A stretch of 64,000 nucleotides of DNA from positions 77,316,001 through 77,380,000 of the forward strand of contig NW_024704742.1 in assembly GCF_018977255.1 (NCBI RefSeq). Reading direction: 5' to 3'. Origin of the DNA: Callorhinchus milii. Taxonomy: Eukaryota. Positions 12,741-25,281 of this stretch are shown here, piece after piece (the stretch's first letter is position 1; the number at the start of each line of letters is the position of its first letter). The notes below the pieces were generated by a model, which was given only the letters and a program-made list of their open reading frames with translations, searched no databases and was not told where the DNA came from. The position numbers were made by a program, and so were the translations under genes.

Positions 12741-12794
12741 TAAAAGCTCTTATGGATAATAATAATAATATTATTATTATAAAAGCTCTTATGG
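12741..12794. repeat. 15-bp direct repeat flanking an (AAT)n/(ATT)n palindrome
   Basis: TAAAAGCTCTTATGG at 12741-12755 and 12780-12794; perfect 22-bp palindrome at 12759-12780. Confidence 0.9.
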
Positions 12795-12904
12795 TTGACA
12801 TACATAGATGGGGAAGGAAGAAAAATAAGTTGAATTTATATATTTAAGCAACTTAACTGCATAACTTAGTTACTGATTTGGGTAGGGCTGTATAATTAAA
12901 ATGG

Positions 12905-12976
12905 ATTTTCAATGCAGTCTTAGTTTTGGAGCCAATTGTTGAAACCAGCTTCAAAATTAAGACTAAATTTAAGAAT
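12905..12976. repeat. Palindromic dispersed element, copy C
   Basis: attttcaatgcagtcttagttttggagccaatt pairs imperfectly with aaccagcttcaaaattaagactaaatttaagaat; same arm consensus as the other copies. Confidence 0.65.
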
Positions 12977-15109
12977 ATGCCAATTTCTGGATGGTCTGAA
13001 GTGCCAAGTGTAAGACTAGACCCAGGTGGAATTTTTCTTCGCACTCCCCCCCTCCCCCACCCCCCATCCCTGATTTTTTAACTTTTTACAGAAGGAAAAA
13101 AATGAATTATTACTTGTTTTAAACGCTTGCAATTTGCCTAATATGCAGACAGGTCTGCAAAAATTTCTCAACGAAGGTACACAGTACTGCTCATTCTATC
13201 TTAGTTTAGCCTTTTCTAGATTTGAGTTAAAAGGGTGCAACAGAAAATGTAAAACTACAAAGAGATATCAACTGCATTCAACTTGGATGTGTTTATGCAG
13301 GTTAAACAAAGCGTTACTGTCCTCCTTTAGATAAGATGACAAAGTGCCTGTCAGAAAAAAATTATAGACATTTGTGATATTTTCTAGGTGAAAAGATTGC
13401 AATGTTTATTTAAGTGACTGGTGAGCCTGGGTCATTGAATAATTCATGCAATCTCAGGACATGTCCCATTTTTGACAGCTTGTGAGGTAAAAGTACAGTA
13501 TTTACAGTGACAGCAGGTTGAAGCACTTCAAAGCTTGACAGAACTTTCCCCTGGCCAACAATCACCCAGGATAAAGTTAGCTGTTTGTGGGAAATTCTGT
13601 GCACAAATGGGTTGCTGCGCTAACCTACAAATACCCAAAAACTATTTTATTTTATAAGTTTTCTCCCTCACTCTATGATGGCAAGATTCGCTGTCTGGTC
13701 CACAGTCTTCAAGAACCAAAGAATGTAATTGTGGCTGAACAAAAGGAACCTACAAGTTGTCCAACTCAGATTATTTTTTGAGTCCTTGGCTGGGATCTTT
13801 CAATAGTTCCACTTTAAAAGCTCAATCAAACTTTAAAAAAGAATGTTTTCACATAAACCACTGTGTACTCCCAACAGCAGAAATTGCAGCAAGATGTAGA
13901 AGAGCAGTTTCCTCTGAGGAAGGCGGATATTTGTCTTGTTCTGAACGTTAGGGGAAAGGGAAATGGTGAAGGAAAGCACCTTACTGTAGTCTTCTTGCCA
14001 TATGCAAAATGTTCTCTTTGGCAATCGTCCAAGTATCTCACAGGAAGTGGGATTAATATTGTCGTAAGAAAAGTAGCTTGACTGCGGTAAATCATGTTTA
14101 TTTTTTCAAAATGCATTCGGACTGTTCTTGTACATTAATGCACAGAAAGCAAATTGAAAGGATGCATATCACATTGGAATCCACTGAAAAGTGGAGTACT
14201 GCAGGTTGCCAATTAGACACTTGCTGAATAATGTGAACTTTAGTCCACCCTTCACATCAGGCCAGGAACATTTTAAATATTTTTATGTTTCTAATTTTTT
14301 TTAATTGTTGTGAGATTCCTTGATTCTGTCATGGCAGGTCTCTGCGGCATCTACTCGTGGCCACAGTTTAATAATCATAATTACAACCATATGTAAAATT
14401 ACGAGCACGACAAAAATATCCCTTGTTTACAAGGCTGTCTTATAAAATGTGCCACAGCATGACCAATGGCAATTATAGGGTACATTCAAAACTCTGCATT
14501 CTTTTGGATTTGGACTTTTGAACTTAATTATTGTTTCTCTATGGCTTTTTAAGACATTTGACTCTCTACTATCTGTCTCATATTTGATGAGACCACAGCC
14601 ATGGTGGTTAAGTTTTATATTCTCCACCTCAAACTCTTTTAAAAATACTCTTCCTGCCTTGCAAAATAAATCTGGCTTTGCACGACCACAGCCACCAATG
14701 TGACAGAGGACTGTGGCCAGTGTTGCCAACATGACCTGAGCCCAGCATCTTGCAACTTTACAGAGCCATGCTTTAACCTCTTTCCCAACCAAAAGCAGGT
14801 GCTTGGAAATCCACACCTTCTGTGTTCAAAACAGAATTCTACATGCTCAATTAATAAAGTTCAACAGTAAATCCAGATCAATGGTCCATTCACAAACTTC
14901 ATATTGGATAGGGTTTCTCCCCTATGTATTAAACCCCACTCAGTTTGTAGTCAAATAAACATTTGAACCTTTCAAAATGTAGCTCCTTTCTATTTGGTGA
15001 GCTGCTAATTATTCCTGATATTGAACTGAGGGAAATTTGGAGAATTTTACTTCTATTTTGATTTGAAGGAATGACACTTTTGTCATTTAACTGCATAGTC
15101 TGAAAGTCA

Positions 15110-15436
15110 AAATAATAATAATAATAATCCTTGCATTTGATATAGCGCTTTTCACGTCGGGAGGACGTCCCAAAGCGCTTCACAGAACACACTGTAAAGT
15201 GAATTGACTGTATATTTGTGGGCGAACGCGGCAGCCAATTGCGCACAGCAATGTCCCACAAACAGTCGTAGATTGAAAATGACCAATTTTATTATTGTTT
15301 TTGGTTTTTGGAGGGATTATTATTAGGCGTGTGGAGTAAGGAAACTTGCCCAAGGTTTCGCCCTGACCTGCCTGGAATTGAACTCGGGTCTCTCACTTGC
15401 AAAGCGAGTGCTCTAACCACTGAGCTACAGGCCTCC
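15110..15436 (-). mobile_element. tRNA-Ala-derived SINE, short subfamily
   Basis: Full reverse-complement match to 8874-9187, from (AAT)n to ctgagctacaggcctcc. Confidence 0.93.
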
Positions 15437-18400
15437 AAAGTCTGCAGTCAGGAACCATTTCCTTCATGTCTAGGGTTTTGAAGATATGGAATGCTTGGTT
15501 CCAGAAAGCTATAGAGATGGAATTAACAAGGATGCTTAAAATATAAAGAGAGACAGATACTTGGGGATATTAAATGGTGTGAGTGAAAGGGTATTATTGG
15601 TATTAAAAAATCTACCAAGATCGGATAAACTGGTGGACTAGACTCGTGTTTCTGTTTTCCTATGTTCCTAAATCCACTTTCAGTACACAGGAAGGAAACT
15701 AAGTCAATGTCTTTGATCTGCCCGTACTGTAGATATTTGTTTTCTTTTTGTAGCCAGTTTTCTCTGTAAGATCCTCCTTGGTGACATTTCCTTTCATATT
15801 TTTCAGACTAATTTGTAAGTGTGTTTAGAGGTGCAGGTCTCTTAGATCTGCAAAGTAAGCAGTCCTGACATTATTGATCTCAGCCTTTGCCAGGGTAGCA
15901 TGTTTAACACTGTCAAAGATAGGGTCTAGGGTATAAGGTAAATTGGTGTGCCTACAGGATACTGGAAATATGTTTTGGATTTTGATAAAAGATGCAGTCT
16001 TCACTTGAAATCTCCTAACAGATTACCCGAAACATTTCTGGTATTTAAAAACTCTGCAGAGCCATATGTTCTTCTGTCTTTGACTTAACATTGCTGTGAA
16101 AGACACAATGACAATTCACTGCAACCTGTTGTTACAATCTTACACAGCTTTTTATAGAGAGGAACAACAAATGCAAAGAGGCACATAAATTCAAATAGGA
16201 TATTGAAAGCCCTATAAAAACACTTATGAAAATATATTAAAAAAATAATTATATAAGATGTCACATAACTATTTATATATTTGGATGGATCTGCATTCTA
16301 ATTGGATAGGCTGCAGCACACCCAGGTCCACCGTCGCTCTGCCTCTGCCCTCTGGCCTGTAGTATACTGCACAATGTGTGAGTTATTGTGATTTATTGTT
16401 ATCTCTCTTGATCTCTAGAGAGATAAGGATACTGCCCATCATTAGATGAATGGCAGTAAACCTGTGTGCACTCACACAACAGTGCACATGTCTAGTTTAA
16501 CAGCAAAATGAACACAGCACTATAATGCCTTAAAATACTAACCTGATGGCTCTGCTACCTGAGGTTCACACATAGAGATAAAGGCTGTTATCCTCAATTG
16601 TGATAGCTTTGGAACTTCCTTTCTTGATTCTTATTCTGTGCATACATTTGGTAATTGAGTAGATGATTTTGAACAGAAATATTTCACTCGTACAGTACAG
16701 TAGTTGAGAGTCTGCATGTAGTAGTCTAGGCAGAACTCATCTATTGTAACCCTACCACAGAGTGATTGAATTGACCCACAGAATGATCCCTTAATGATAT
16801 ACTTCACGTTCACAATTGCGGGGTAACCAGAAACTCAATTCAGCGCATTTGGATCATGGTCTGATGTTTCACCAAAGTTGTTCCACATATTTAGAGGTTC
16901 CTGCTGTGAAATTACCCTCCCCCTTTTCGTGTGCTTGTGTATGTGCTTGTGTTTGTGTTATGGGTGTAAATCTTTTATATGCTGAGCTGAGAGAACCTGT
17001 ATTACAAAATACAGTACAGTTGTCCCTAAAACGTTTGAAATCAACTGGAATATTTAATGAAACCCTCTGAAATAATGCCCCCAAATAGTTTGTCAGATGA
17101 TCCAACTACAGTGGATGTCTAGGGATTCATAGATAGCTGATGTGTGCAGCTCCTCACTGGGTAACTAACGATTGGTTTTGTAAATAAATTAACAGGAGTC
17201 CTTGTTCAGAGCACGTAACAGAAGCAGGCCATCTCGAGTTACCTCGCTGACTCACAGAGTGCAGAGAGCACTTGTACAGTCAGTGAATTCAGCCTGTAAT
17301 TTTACCCCAGTCTCTGAATGCCTCTGATTTGAGCAGCACACTGTCCTTTATTATTGCCCTCTAATAAGCAGACTTTATGAACAGGAGGATTTAAACAAAT
17401 AGATGCACTTTGTTCGGAAATCAGTAACAAAGTAACAGCAGCGGTATAAACTAATCTTCCTCCTTGATGGGTTACCTGATTTACAATGGAAGATTACAAT
17501 TACCCATTACCCATTTTCTTCTTAAGAGTCTTCTTTTGGTTTTAATAATAATGAAGTAAATCCTTGCATTTGATATAGCGCCTTATCTTGTCATTAAGAT
17601 GTCTCAAAGAGCTTCACAGAATAGATTGGAAAGTGGGCTGACTGTGTATTTTGTGGGCGAAATGCACCGACAAGTCATTTTGCAATTGATTTTTAAAATA
17701 TTTTTACATGGTATCTATGGGGGGGAATGCACAAAGGACACCTGAAGGATAGAGCACATTAAGCATATTAAGCATTGTGTAGCGGCCCACCTGCCTGCAC
17801 CAGCAATAAATGATTGATAAGAGGTGTGTTCTAAGGCGATCACACCAGGATGGTACAGTTGCAATGATTGCTTTTGTGTAAAAGTGAGAACTTTTGTTGT
17901 ATAGAAGCTATTTATCCTAAAGAATTTGTGCATCAAAGCTGGACTGCAGCTGCACTTCCATTCTGAGGAACTCCATAGGCAACCTTGTTAAACTCATCGC
18001 CAATTGCAGCAGGAAGGGAAACAGTTGGAGTGGGCAGTCCTCTAGTCTTGTACTCCGAGCAAACAGAAATCAGTTTGATCTAGCCTGCATCATTATTATT
18101 CTCTTAAGCAACCATTCTGTGCATTTTTAAAAATAAAAGTGAATGCATTGGTGAAAAGCAAAAGTGACGCGTTTTCCTCCAGATTCAAAAGTCCAGATTT
18201 TGTACAGTTTTGCTTCAGAAATGGTTACAATATGCCCTGTGCTGCAGGGCTTTCGCTGAATGCCCTCCGCATAAAGATTTCATTGTCATCACTTGCCAAA
18301 TGGAGCACGCTCATGCACATCTGCCTGATCTGTTGTAGCAGGAACCACAAAATGAAGTGTATTTCTTGGCAAAAGCCCAGAATTATGCTTTAGGACACTT

Positions 18401-19731
18401 CTGTCAGTGTGTCCAAAATAAAAGGTTTATTCAAAAAGTGTAAGCCATCGAGACTGACTCTTTAGAAGACATAATAGTAGTTTCCTGCCAAATGGGTAGC
18501 TAATTATTTATTGTGCCATTTTTGGATCAAGATGCTTTTACCTTAGTTCACATAAGTTCACCTTTATAAGGTCTATGGTCTATTTTTGTTTTGCACCTCC
18601 CAAAAAATACAACTTTGGGATTGCGTTGTTGGCTACAAGTCTACATTCACGTGCAGTTCTGTGTGTTGAGTGATTGGTTTGTGCCCTCGAAGTTGGAGGG
18701 ATCACTATTGCCAAATGTCTACATATTGGATCTCACATAATTTTAATGGTGCATGGTCTCTTCTGCACTTTTATCATTAGAAATATGTTGACTTTGTATC
18801 ACCAGTCTTTTTGAGTTGACTGGCCCTTCCCAAACTGTCATTAGAGAAACTTTTGAGGTTTATCTTTATGACTTGCTTTACTTTGTACACCTGTCAGCTT
18901 CCATGGAAGGTACAAGTCTGTGCATTGTTGTTCAAAGGTTCTGGACCTTTGTTGAGCAAGCATGACTTGTTTGATGTAACCTGATATCAAAAGATTGTAA
19001 ATTAATTTCACTTGAGGAAATGATAGTGCTCAGAGAGACTCAAGGTTGAAGTGCAACTGAGAAGCCCAGCCCTTGTTGTGAACTTCGGTGAGATGAAAGA
19101 TGATTACCACAAGCAGGTTAAACATTGCATTCAAGCTACTTAGTTTGTAGAATTCCAATCACTTCTTAATCCCTTATGCAATAATAACTTGCATTTCTAT
19201 TAAACCTTTCATCTAGGGTAATGTATCTAAAGGCTTTACAGAGAAGGAACTGAGCAGGGAGGAGAGAGGTGACTGTAGGCATAATCGAAGAAGTAGGTCT
19301 TTAGGGCCTTGTAAAGACCAGTTGTGAGGGGGCAAATTAGTTACACCAGCATCTTGTGCTGTGAGAATAGTAAAAACAGGCTTGAGATCAGCATCGCTGT
19401 ATTTAAACAAAATACATATTACACTGCCTAGCTCAGTGCCTCAGTAACCTTTTATTCAAAGCAGCTGGAGTACTTGTGACCTTCATGATTTCCATTTCAC
19501 CAGAGCTAAGGTGCCACAAGAATGCTTTAAGGGCACACTGTTAAACATTACCAGGTCCGCTAGGTCAGGTGAGAATCTAAGAGTGGATCACCTTGAAATG
19601 AAGATTTTTTGCACTTGCTCCCACGCTTAATATTCTTTCCAAGATCTCCAGATTGTGAAATTCCTGGCATCCCTCATTTTTCTTCTTCCTACAATCAACA
19701 CCATTTTTAAAACCCAATCTTGGAGTCACAC

Positions 19732-20047
19732 AATAATAATTATAATCCTTGCATTTGATATAGAGCTTTTCACGTCTTCTAGACGTCTCAAAGCGCTTCA
19801 CAGAATATGTTGTAAAGTGAATTGACCGTATATTTGTGGGCGAAACACGGCAGCCAATTGCACACAGCAGTGTCTCACAAATAATCATGTGGATTGAAAA
19901 TGACCAATTTATTATTCTTTTGTTTTGGAGGGACATTATTAGGTTTGTGGAGTATGGAAACTTGCCCAAGGTTTTGCTCTGCCTGGAATTGAACCCAGAT
20001 ATCTAGCTAGCAAAGCGAGTGCTCTAACCACCGAGCTACAGGACTCC
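19732..20047 (-). mobile_element. tRNA-Ala-derived SINE, short subfamily
   Basis: Full reverse-complement copy ending ...gagctacaggactcc. Confidence 0.92.
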
Positions 20048-20132
20048 GATAACAACTTAAGCGAGATGTAGGCAATTATTTGGGGAGAACAAGTTTGCAG
20101 GGCTATGGGGAGAGCGTGGGGGAATGGGATTG
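20048..20132 (+). mobile_element. CR1 3' fragment
   Basis: Similar to 7980-8090 (gataacaact...aattatttgggga..acaagtttgcag..ctatg..gagagcgtgggg). Confidence 0.75.
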
Positions 20133-21606
20133 AATTGGATAGCCCTTTCCAAAAACAACCACTACTCCTTGATTTATCTCATATTCTCCCTTACTCTTTT
20201 TAACATTGGTGTAGCTCTGTGTTGTAGGCCTTGACCCTTCACCTCAGTTTCTAAGTTAAACAAAATTACAATGAAATTCTAATGACTTTTTCTATGAGTT
20301 AATACTATCCAGTACAAAACTCATTCTAGTCCTCATAAATGTTATACTGTATAGGAACCCTTATTACATTTGACTGTAATTCTCTGGGAAGCTCTGTATA
20401 TAGGTGCTATATCAGTGAAAGTATCAAATACAAGGATTATTATTATAATAATGATGAATCTTACTCATGATTTTGCAATGCTGAAACAAAACAAAAAGAA
20501 CTAGAATGAACCCAATGCAGTTTTTACACTGAAAATATTACACAAGTTTATTAATGATGACAGGATAGTTCAACTTAGGTCCTGACAAATATTGGAGCCT
20601 AGGTTTCAAATAGTACAGTATTTTATTTTCATATGCAAAAGAAAGGTTAAAATAACCCTGTAGCCAAACTGGTTTAGTGAGATGTGAGTGTTACAACAGG
20701 ATCTCTTCCATCCGTGTCACATGAAACACATTATTCAATTTCCACTGAGGACAAAGCAGTTTGTGGTATAGTACTGCAAAGCACATCGTCTGGAACAAAT
20801 AAAGCTGACTCTTTTGTTTTACAGTTTATCAATGTTATCTGACCTTGTTAGAACCAGTTTAAAGGTATTGAATTTTTCAATTATCCAAGTGCAAACCTTC
20901 ACTCACCAACATCCTCTGCACCATGAGTTGGCATCTTCCCTACGTCTCCGAGCATGCTGATACTTCCTTTTGGGTATCAATCAGTAGACTCAATCTGAAC
21001 AAATCCTGGATCATCTAGAGCATTTTGTATTATTTGGCATCTAACATGTCGATTTCTAATAGGAGTCCTTAATAAGGCAATGAGTGGAGACTCCTTTCAG
21101 TAACTAGACAACAACAACAACAAGATTCCATTTATAGAGCGCCTTTCATGTCGGGAGGACTAGAGGTACATAACTACATCCTGAAAGATTTTGGCCCAGT
21201 GGAATTCTTGTGAGTCAATTTGGTGTGCTTCTGGTTTCTTTCATTAGAAATCGCCATGCATCGAACCCCACTCTATGTAAATCCGCACAGATCTGGCAGA
21301 GCTGATCAATAAATGCACATGTGCAGGTCACCAGAATGGCATGATGGCATGGCAGTTAGACAAATTGAATTAATAGTGTTGCAGTCTCTATGATATTGGC
21401 TAGATTGACTGGGGTCAGGTGAAGATTACCATTTGAGGGCATAAGGGAATGGTATGGCATAGACTGGGGTGGAGAGGCCACTGAATAATTTCACTGGAAC
21501 TAGTTTATCCTGAACTGATAACTCGATGGGCCACATATTCAGTGACATCTGCAAGAATATGTTGATGCTCATGATAAAGAACAAGATGGTGTGTTCAGTT
21601 GTAAAC

Positions 21607-22027
21607 CACTGGCTCCCGAACCCTCAGAGGATCGAGTTCAAGATCCTCGTTCTCACTTTTAAATACCTCCACGGTCTTGCCTCACCCTACCTCAAAATCC
21701 TACTAACCTGCCTGCTCCAACCGCTCGCTAGGCACTGTCCTGCCTTGTGTCCCCTGTCCTGTCCATCCAACCATCGGCAGTCAGGCCCTCAGCCTATTTG
21801 CCCCTCACTATCAGAGTCTCTTCGTCTCGTCTCGCCCCTTCAGTCACCTCCTCCAAGGTCCGTCTCAAGACCTTCCTCTTTGTTGATTTTCAGTCATCTT
21901 CCTATCCCCTTTGGCCTCTCGAATCCAATCTCCAGCTTGGGTGTAAACCCTCGAGTGTCCAGTGCTTTGGGACATCTTCCTGACGTGAACAGCGTTATAT
22001 ACTGTAAATGCAATTTTTTATTGTTGT
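21607..22027 (+). mobile_element. L2 LINE 3' fragment
   Basis: HWLPNPQRIEFKILVLTFKYLHGLASPYL is an L2 ORF2 C-terminal motif; ends in gtgctttgggacatcttcctgacgtgaacagcgttatat...ttgttg. Confidence 0.88.
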
Positions 22028-22569
22028 AAACTGGATTGGCAGCCTCCTCTTGTCTAAAATTCGAGAAGTAACATGATAGACGCATTGTTAATTCCTGTGG
22101 GTTTACTTCTCTGGTATTTGTAGCCATGTGACACAGTGATGCCATCATCATTGATATCAACAAGACAAGATTGATTTGGTTCCTACCGCATTTTCCAATG
22201 AAACATTTTGCCAAACTCTTCTGTGAAGAGCGTCCCTTTAATATTGGAGGCTAAAGTATGTGACGTGGATTTTCTATCGCTAAACGACACAAACTCGATA
22301 CGTTCATTTGATAAAATGCATCCACAATGCTAATTTAAGTATTGACCTCCTTTGAGCTTTGACCACGCGTCTGCTCACTCTAGTTCTGACAGGCAGAATA
22401 CTGCAGCTGATGTGACTAGTTCCTTGCATTTTAAAACATCGGTCCGTTTTGCATTCACTGATTGGACTCCATTCATCATCAGAATTTCCAATTGAAATTC
22501 TGAAGCTTGTCCTTAATACAACAAAAGCATTTCATAAAATATACATAATTTCACTGACTCCCACTATCT

Positions 22570-22790
22570 AAGAATGTGCTATCTCAGTTTTTAAGCTTCT
22601 CCCACCATCTGAGGATCATGCAGTGAACTCACAACATTGTACCGCACTAAAGTCAAAATTGCTACGAGACCAGTAACAAAAGATTCTCCATTTGATCTCA
22701 TCCTTCCAGAACACCACCCCACGGCTTCCTGATAGACACTGCAGCTTTTTCTTCAATGAGTCCAGAGTCCTGGCTTCAACAGCCCTTCTT
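22570..22790 (-). mobile_element. Old CR1 3' fragment
   Basis: Minus-strand translation LRRAVEARTLDSLKKKL resembles the CR1 ORF2 end (VVEA.S...FK..LD). Confidence 0.5.
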
Positions 22791-25154
22791 AATTGATCTG
22801 CTTCACTTGTCACGCATTGTGTTATAGACATCATAATCACTGGATCTACACTCTTAGTTCAGTTGGTCAATTAAAAGATATTTCAGAACAATTGTAAAAA
22901 AAAATCACTGGGACTGAAAGTTGTTTTCGTAGTTCAATCTCAGAAGCATGGAATCTGCAAAGAAATGTTTTTCGCTGCTGTGTAGTAACCCTTCCACCCC
23001 CAACCCTCCCAGTCACATTGCTTCCAGCGTATTCCAGCAGCTTGGCAGGAAAAGGACAATGTTTGCTATCGAGCAGTTGAGCTTGGACCCTGTACTGCAC
23101 TACGCTGTGTGTAGACTGAAAAGGTGAACTGGCGTGATCTTGGTATTAGCGATCAGTGCTGTGTACTTTGAATCTCTTGATGTTGGGAAATCCCTGATAA
23201 GGTTAAATGCTTTGACGCAAAATACAATGTGATGAACTAATTAGATATGGTAGATATGGTAGATTTCACGCTGGCATTTTGATCATTGGCCTTCCATCAT
23301 TCCTGGCTTTGTCGATTTGGGCTTTGCAATTCGCCATTTTGCAGAAGTTTCAAACAACATAACCGGTTATCTGCTAACCATCCGGTTAGCAAATATAGCA
23401 TTTTAGGCCATATTGTTAGTCACAGGTATTGGGAGTTACTCTGCTCAGTATACTGAGCTCTGTGAATCTTTTGATGTGAGCTTATCAAGAGATTTCCCAT
23501 TTCCAACACGCATCAAAAGATTTGCTGCATATAATAAACAGCAGATTGAAATATTTAATTTGTTTTTTAAAATAATTCATTTGACACAGAACACTGGCCC
23601 TGATACCTTACCAAGGACACCTTTTCACCTGTTCAGGCTGAGCGCACAGTGACTGTTCTTTGTCACCCTGATTCCATTTTTCCCGAAGTATAGTGCAATG
23701 ATTCATACATCAGTCTCACAATTTAATTCATCGCTGTATTGAGAAGAGATTATTTATTTAATAATAATTTATATTTAACAACAGTGCTGCAAGGAAAGTA
23801 AATACATAAACATTGATTGAGTCCAATTTGCGTTAGTTCAGCGGCTTGGGACATCCTCCTGATGTGAAATGCTATATGTATATGCAATGTGGTGTTGTTG
23901 TTGTTCTTAATTAGATTCATTGAATCAGAAAAAGGGTTCCTGCAGATTGGCTTATATGCTTCCGATGACTGGAAGTGGTTCCCAGTTTAGGTGACTGAGA
24001 GACTATTAAGAAACACGGCATTTTAGACCAAAGATATTGTACAGAAATTAAATTAGTGAGACAAAGAAATTTCAACAGTGGAAATTAAGATGAAGATCGA
24101 TTCATTGCCGAGTTTGTTTGTGCAAGCTTTTCTCCTTTGTGTGTTGAGAATTCTGGTGGTAGTTTCGGATAATGGGTGATGCAGCATGTCTAAGGACAAG
24201 TCTGTACATTGCGTCACTACCAGGTCACACCAACCTACAACTAAACCAGGAAAAAGCTGTTCACAACTAGGTAATGCTTCCTGCCATAGGAGTTGGGAGC
24301 AGATGTCTCCATATTTCCCATCATTACTTGTAGGAATTCAGATGAAGGAATGTGCTCTTGAAAGCTCTATCAATTTCTAGTTTTGACTGAAATGGAGATT
24401 TCAGCCATAGCGTGGCACCCCCGACTGAGCCCTGACAAAACACACTGAGCTGAGCTTGAGTGACAGGCAGCCATCGCACTCTCAGCAAGCATTTTAACTT
24501 CAGAGTTGCTTGGGCACCTCCAGTAATTTGCAAGCAAACAGCAACACATCACTTGCAGTGGATTGTAACTGTTTGGAGTCTCACGTGAGCTTGTTATAGG
24601 TGACTAGCTGTCTACCTTAAAGGCAATTACAGTTATGGGTCACCTGGAGTTTCACCATAAAGCTTCAAGGACATCTGTGACCTATATGATTCAAATTCAG
24701 TTCCCAAAAACTCTGGGCTTCAACCGAACAGTTTTGGAAAGGAAGCTTGAGCGGTGATATCAGCTGAGGTGATTTAAGTGAATGCAGGATTATCTTTCTT
24801 TCTTGAGAACATACTTTTAATCTGAACTTGGTAACTCCCCAGGTACCGATGAGAGGCTGATTGGAAAGGATTGATTTTCAGTCCTAGTATAAGTGCAAGC
24901 AGTCACTTTTTTCCTACCTTTCCCCTCACGATAAAGTTGACCCCAGGCAGCACCAGGACACAGTAGTGCTTCATGTGAAAGTTTGTATTTGCTTTCTCCT
25001 TGGAGACTCCAATGTTGTGTTTTTATGACTCTAGGAGTGTCTCTTGCTCTGTTCCTACTCAATTGGATTTTACTTCCAAACACAAACGTCCAGAACTGCC
25101 AGAAATGGGAATGTTGCGCACACTGTAACCTTTCAGATGAGCTCTGGCGATCAG

Positions 25155-25281
25155 CAATATTATGTCCCCAAAAAATACAATCACCATACTTTACAGTATA
25201 TTCTGTGAAGCGTTTTGACACTCCTCGAAGACGTGATAAAGCGCTATATCAAATGCAAGGATTATTATTATTATTATTATT
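25155..25281 (+). mobile_element. Orphan SINE 3' tail, representative of many (also ~4502-4620, 5370-5442, 6320-6425, 11007-11070, 17545-17670, 25530-25645, 31409-31530, 44270-44360, 45815-45880, 46235-46333, 50755-50915, 53965-54060, 56740-56872)
   Basis: ctttacagtatattctgtgaagcgttttgacactcctcgaagacgtgataaagcgctatatcaaatgcaaggattattatt matches the 3' end of the full-length SINEs. Confidence 0.85.

Noticed and set aside
14427..14816. 129-aa minus-strand ORF and the other 60-150-aa ORFs in the track
   Set aside because: No recognisable domains, many start at non-ATG codons, lengths fit chance, and several (ending KCKDYYYY or QMQGLLL) are SINE-tail translations.
15785..15820. 8-nt microexon (tttcatatttttcag|ACTAATTT|gtaagt)
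   Set aside because: Not frame-preserving and has a poor exonic donor context (TTT); likely chance.
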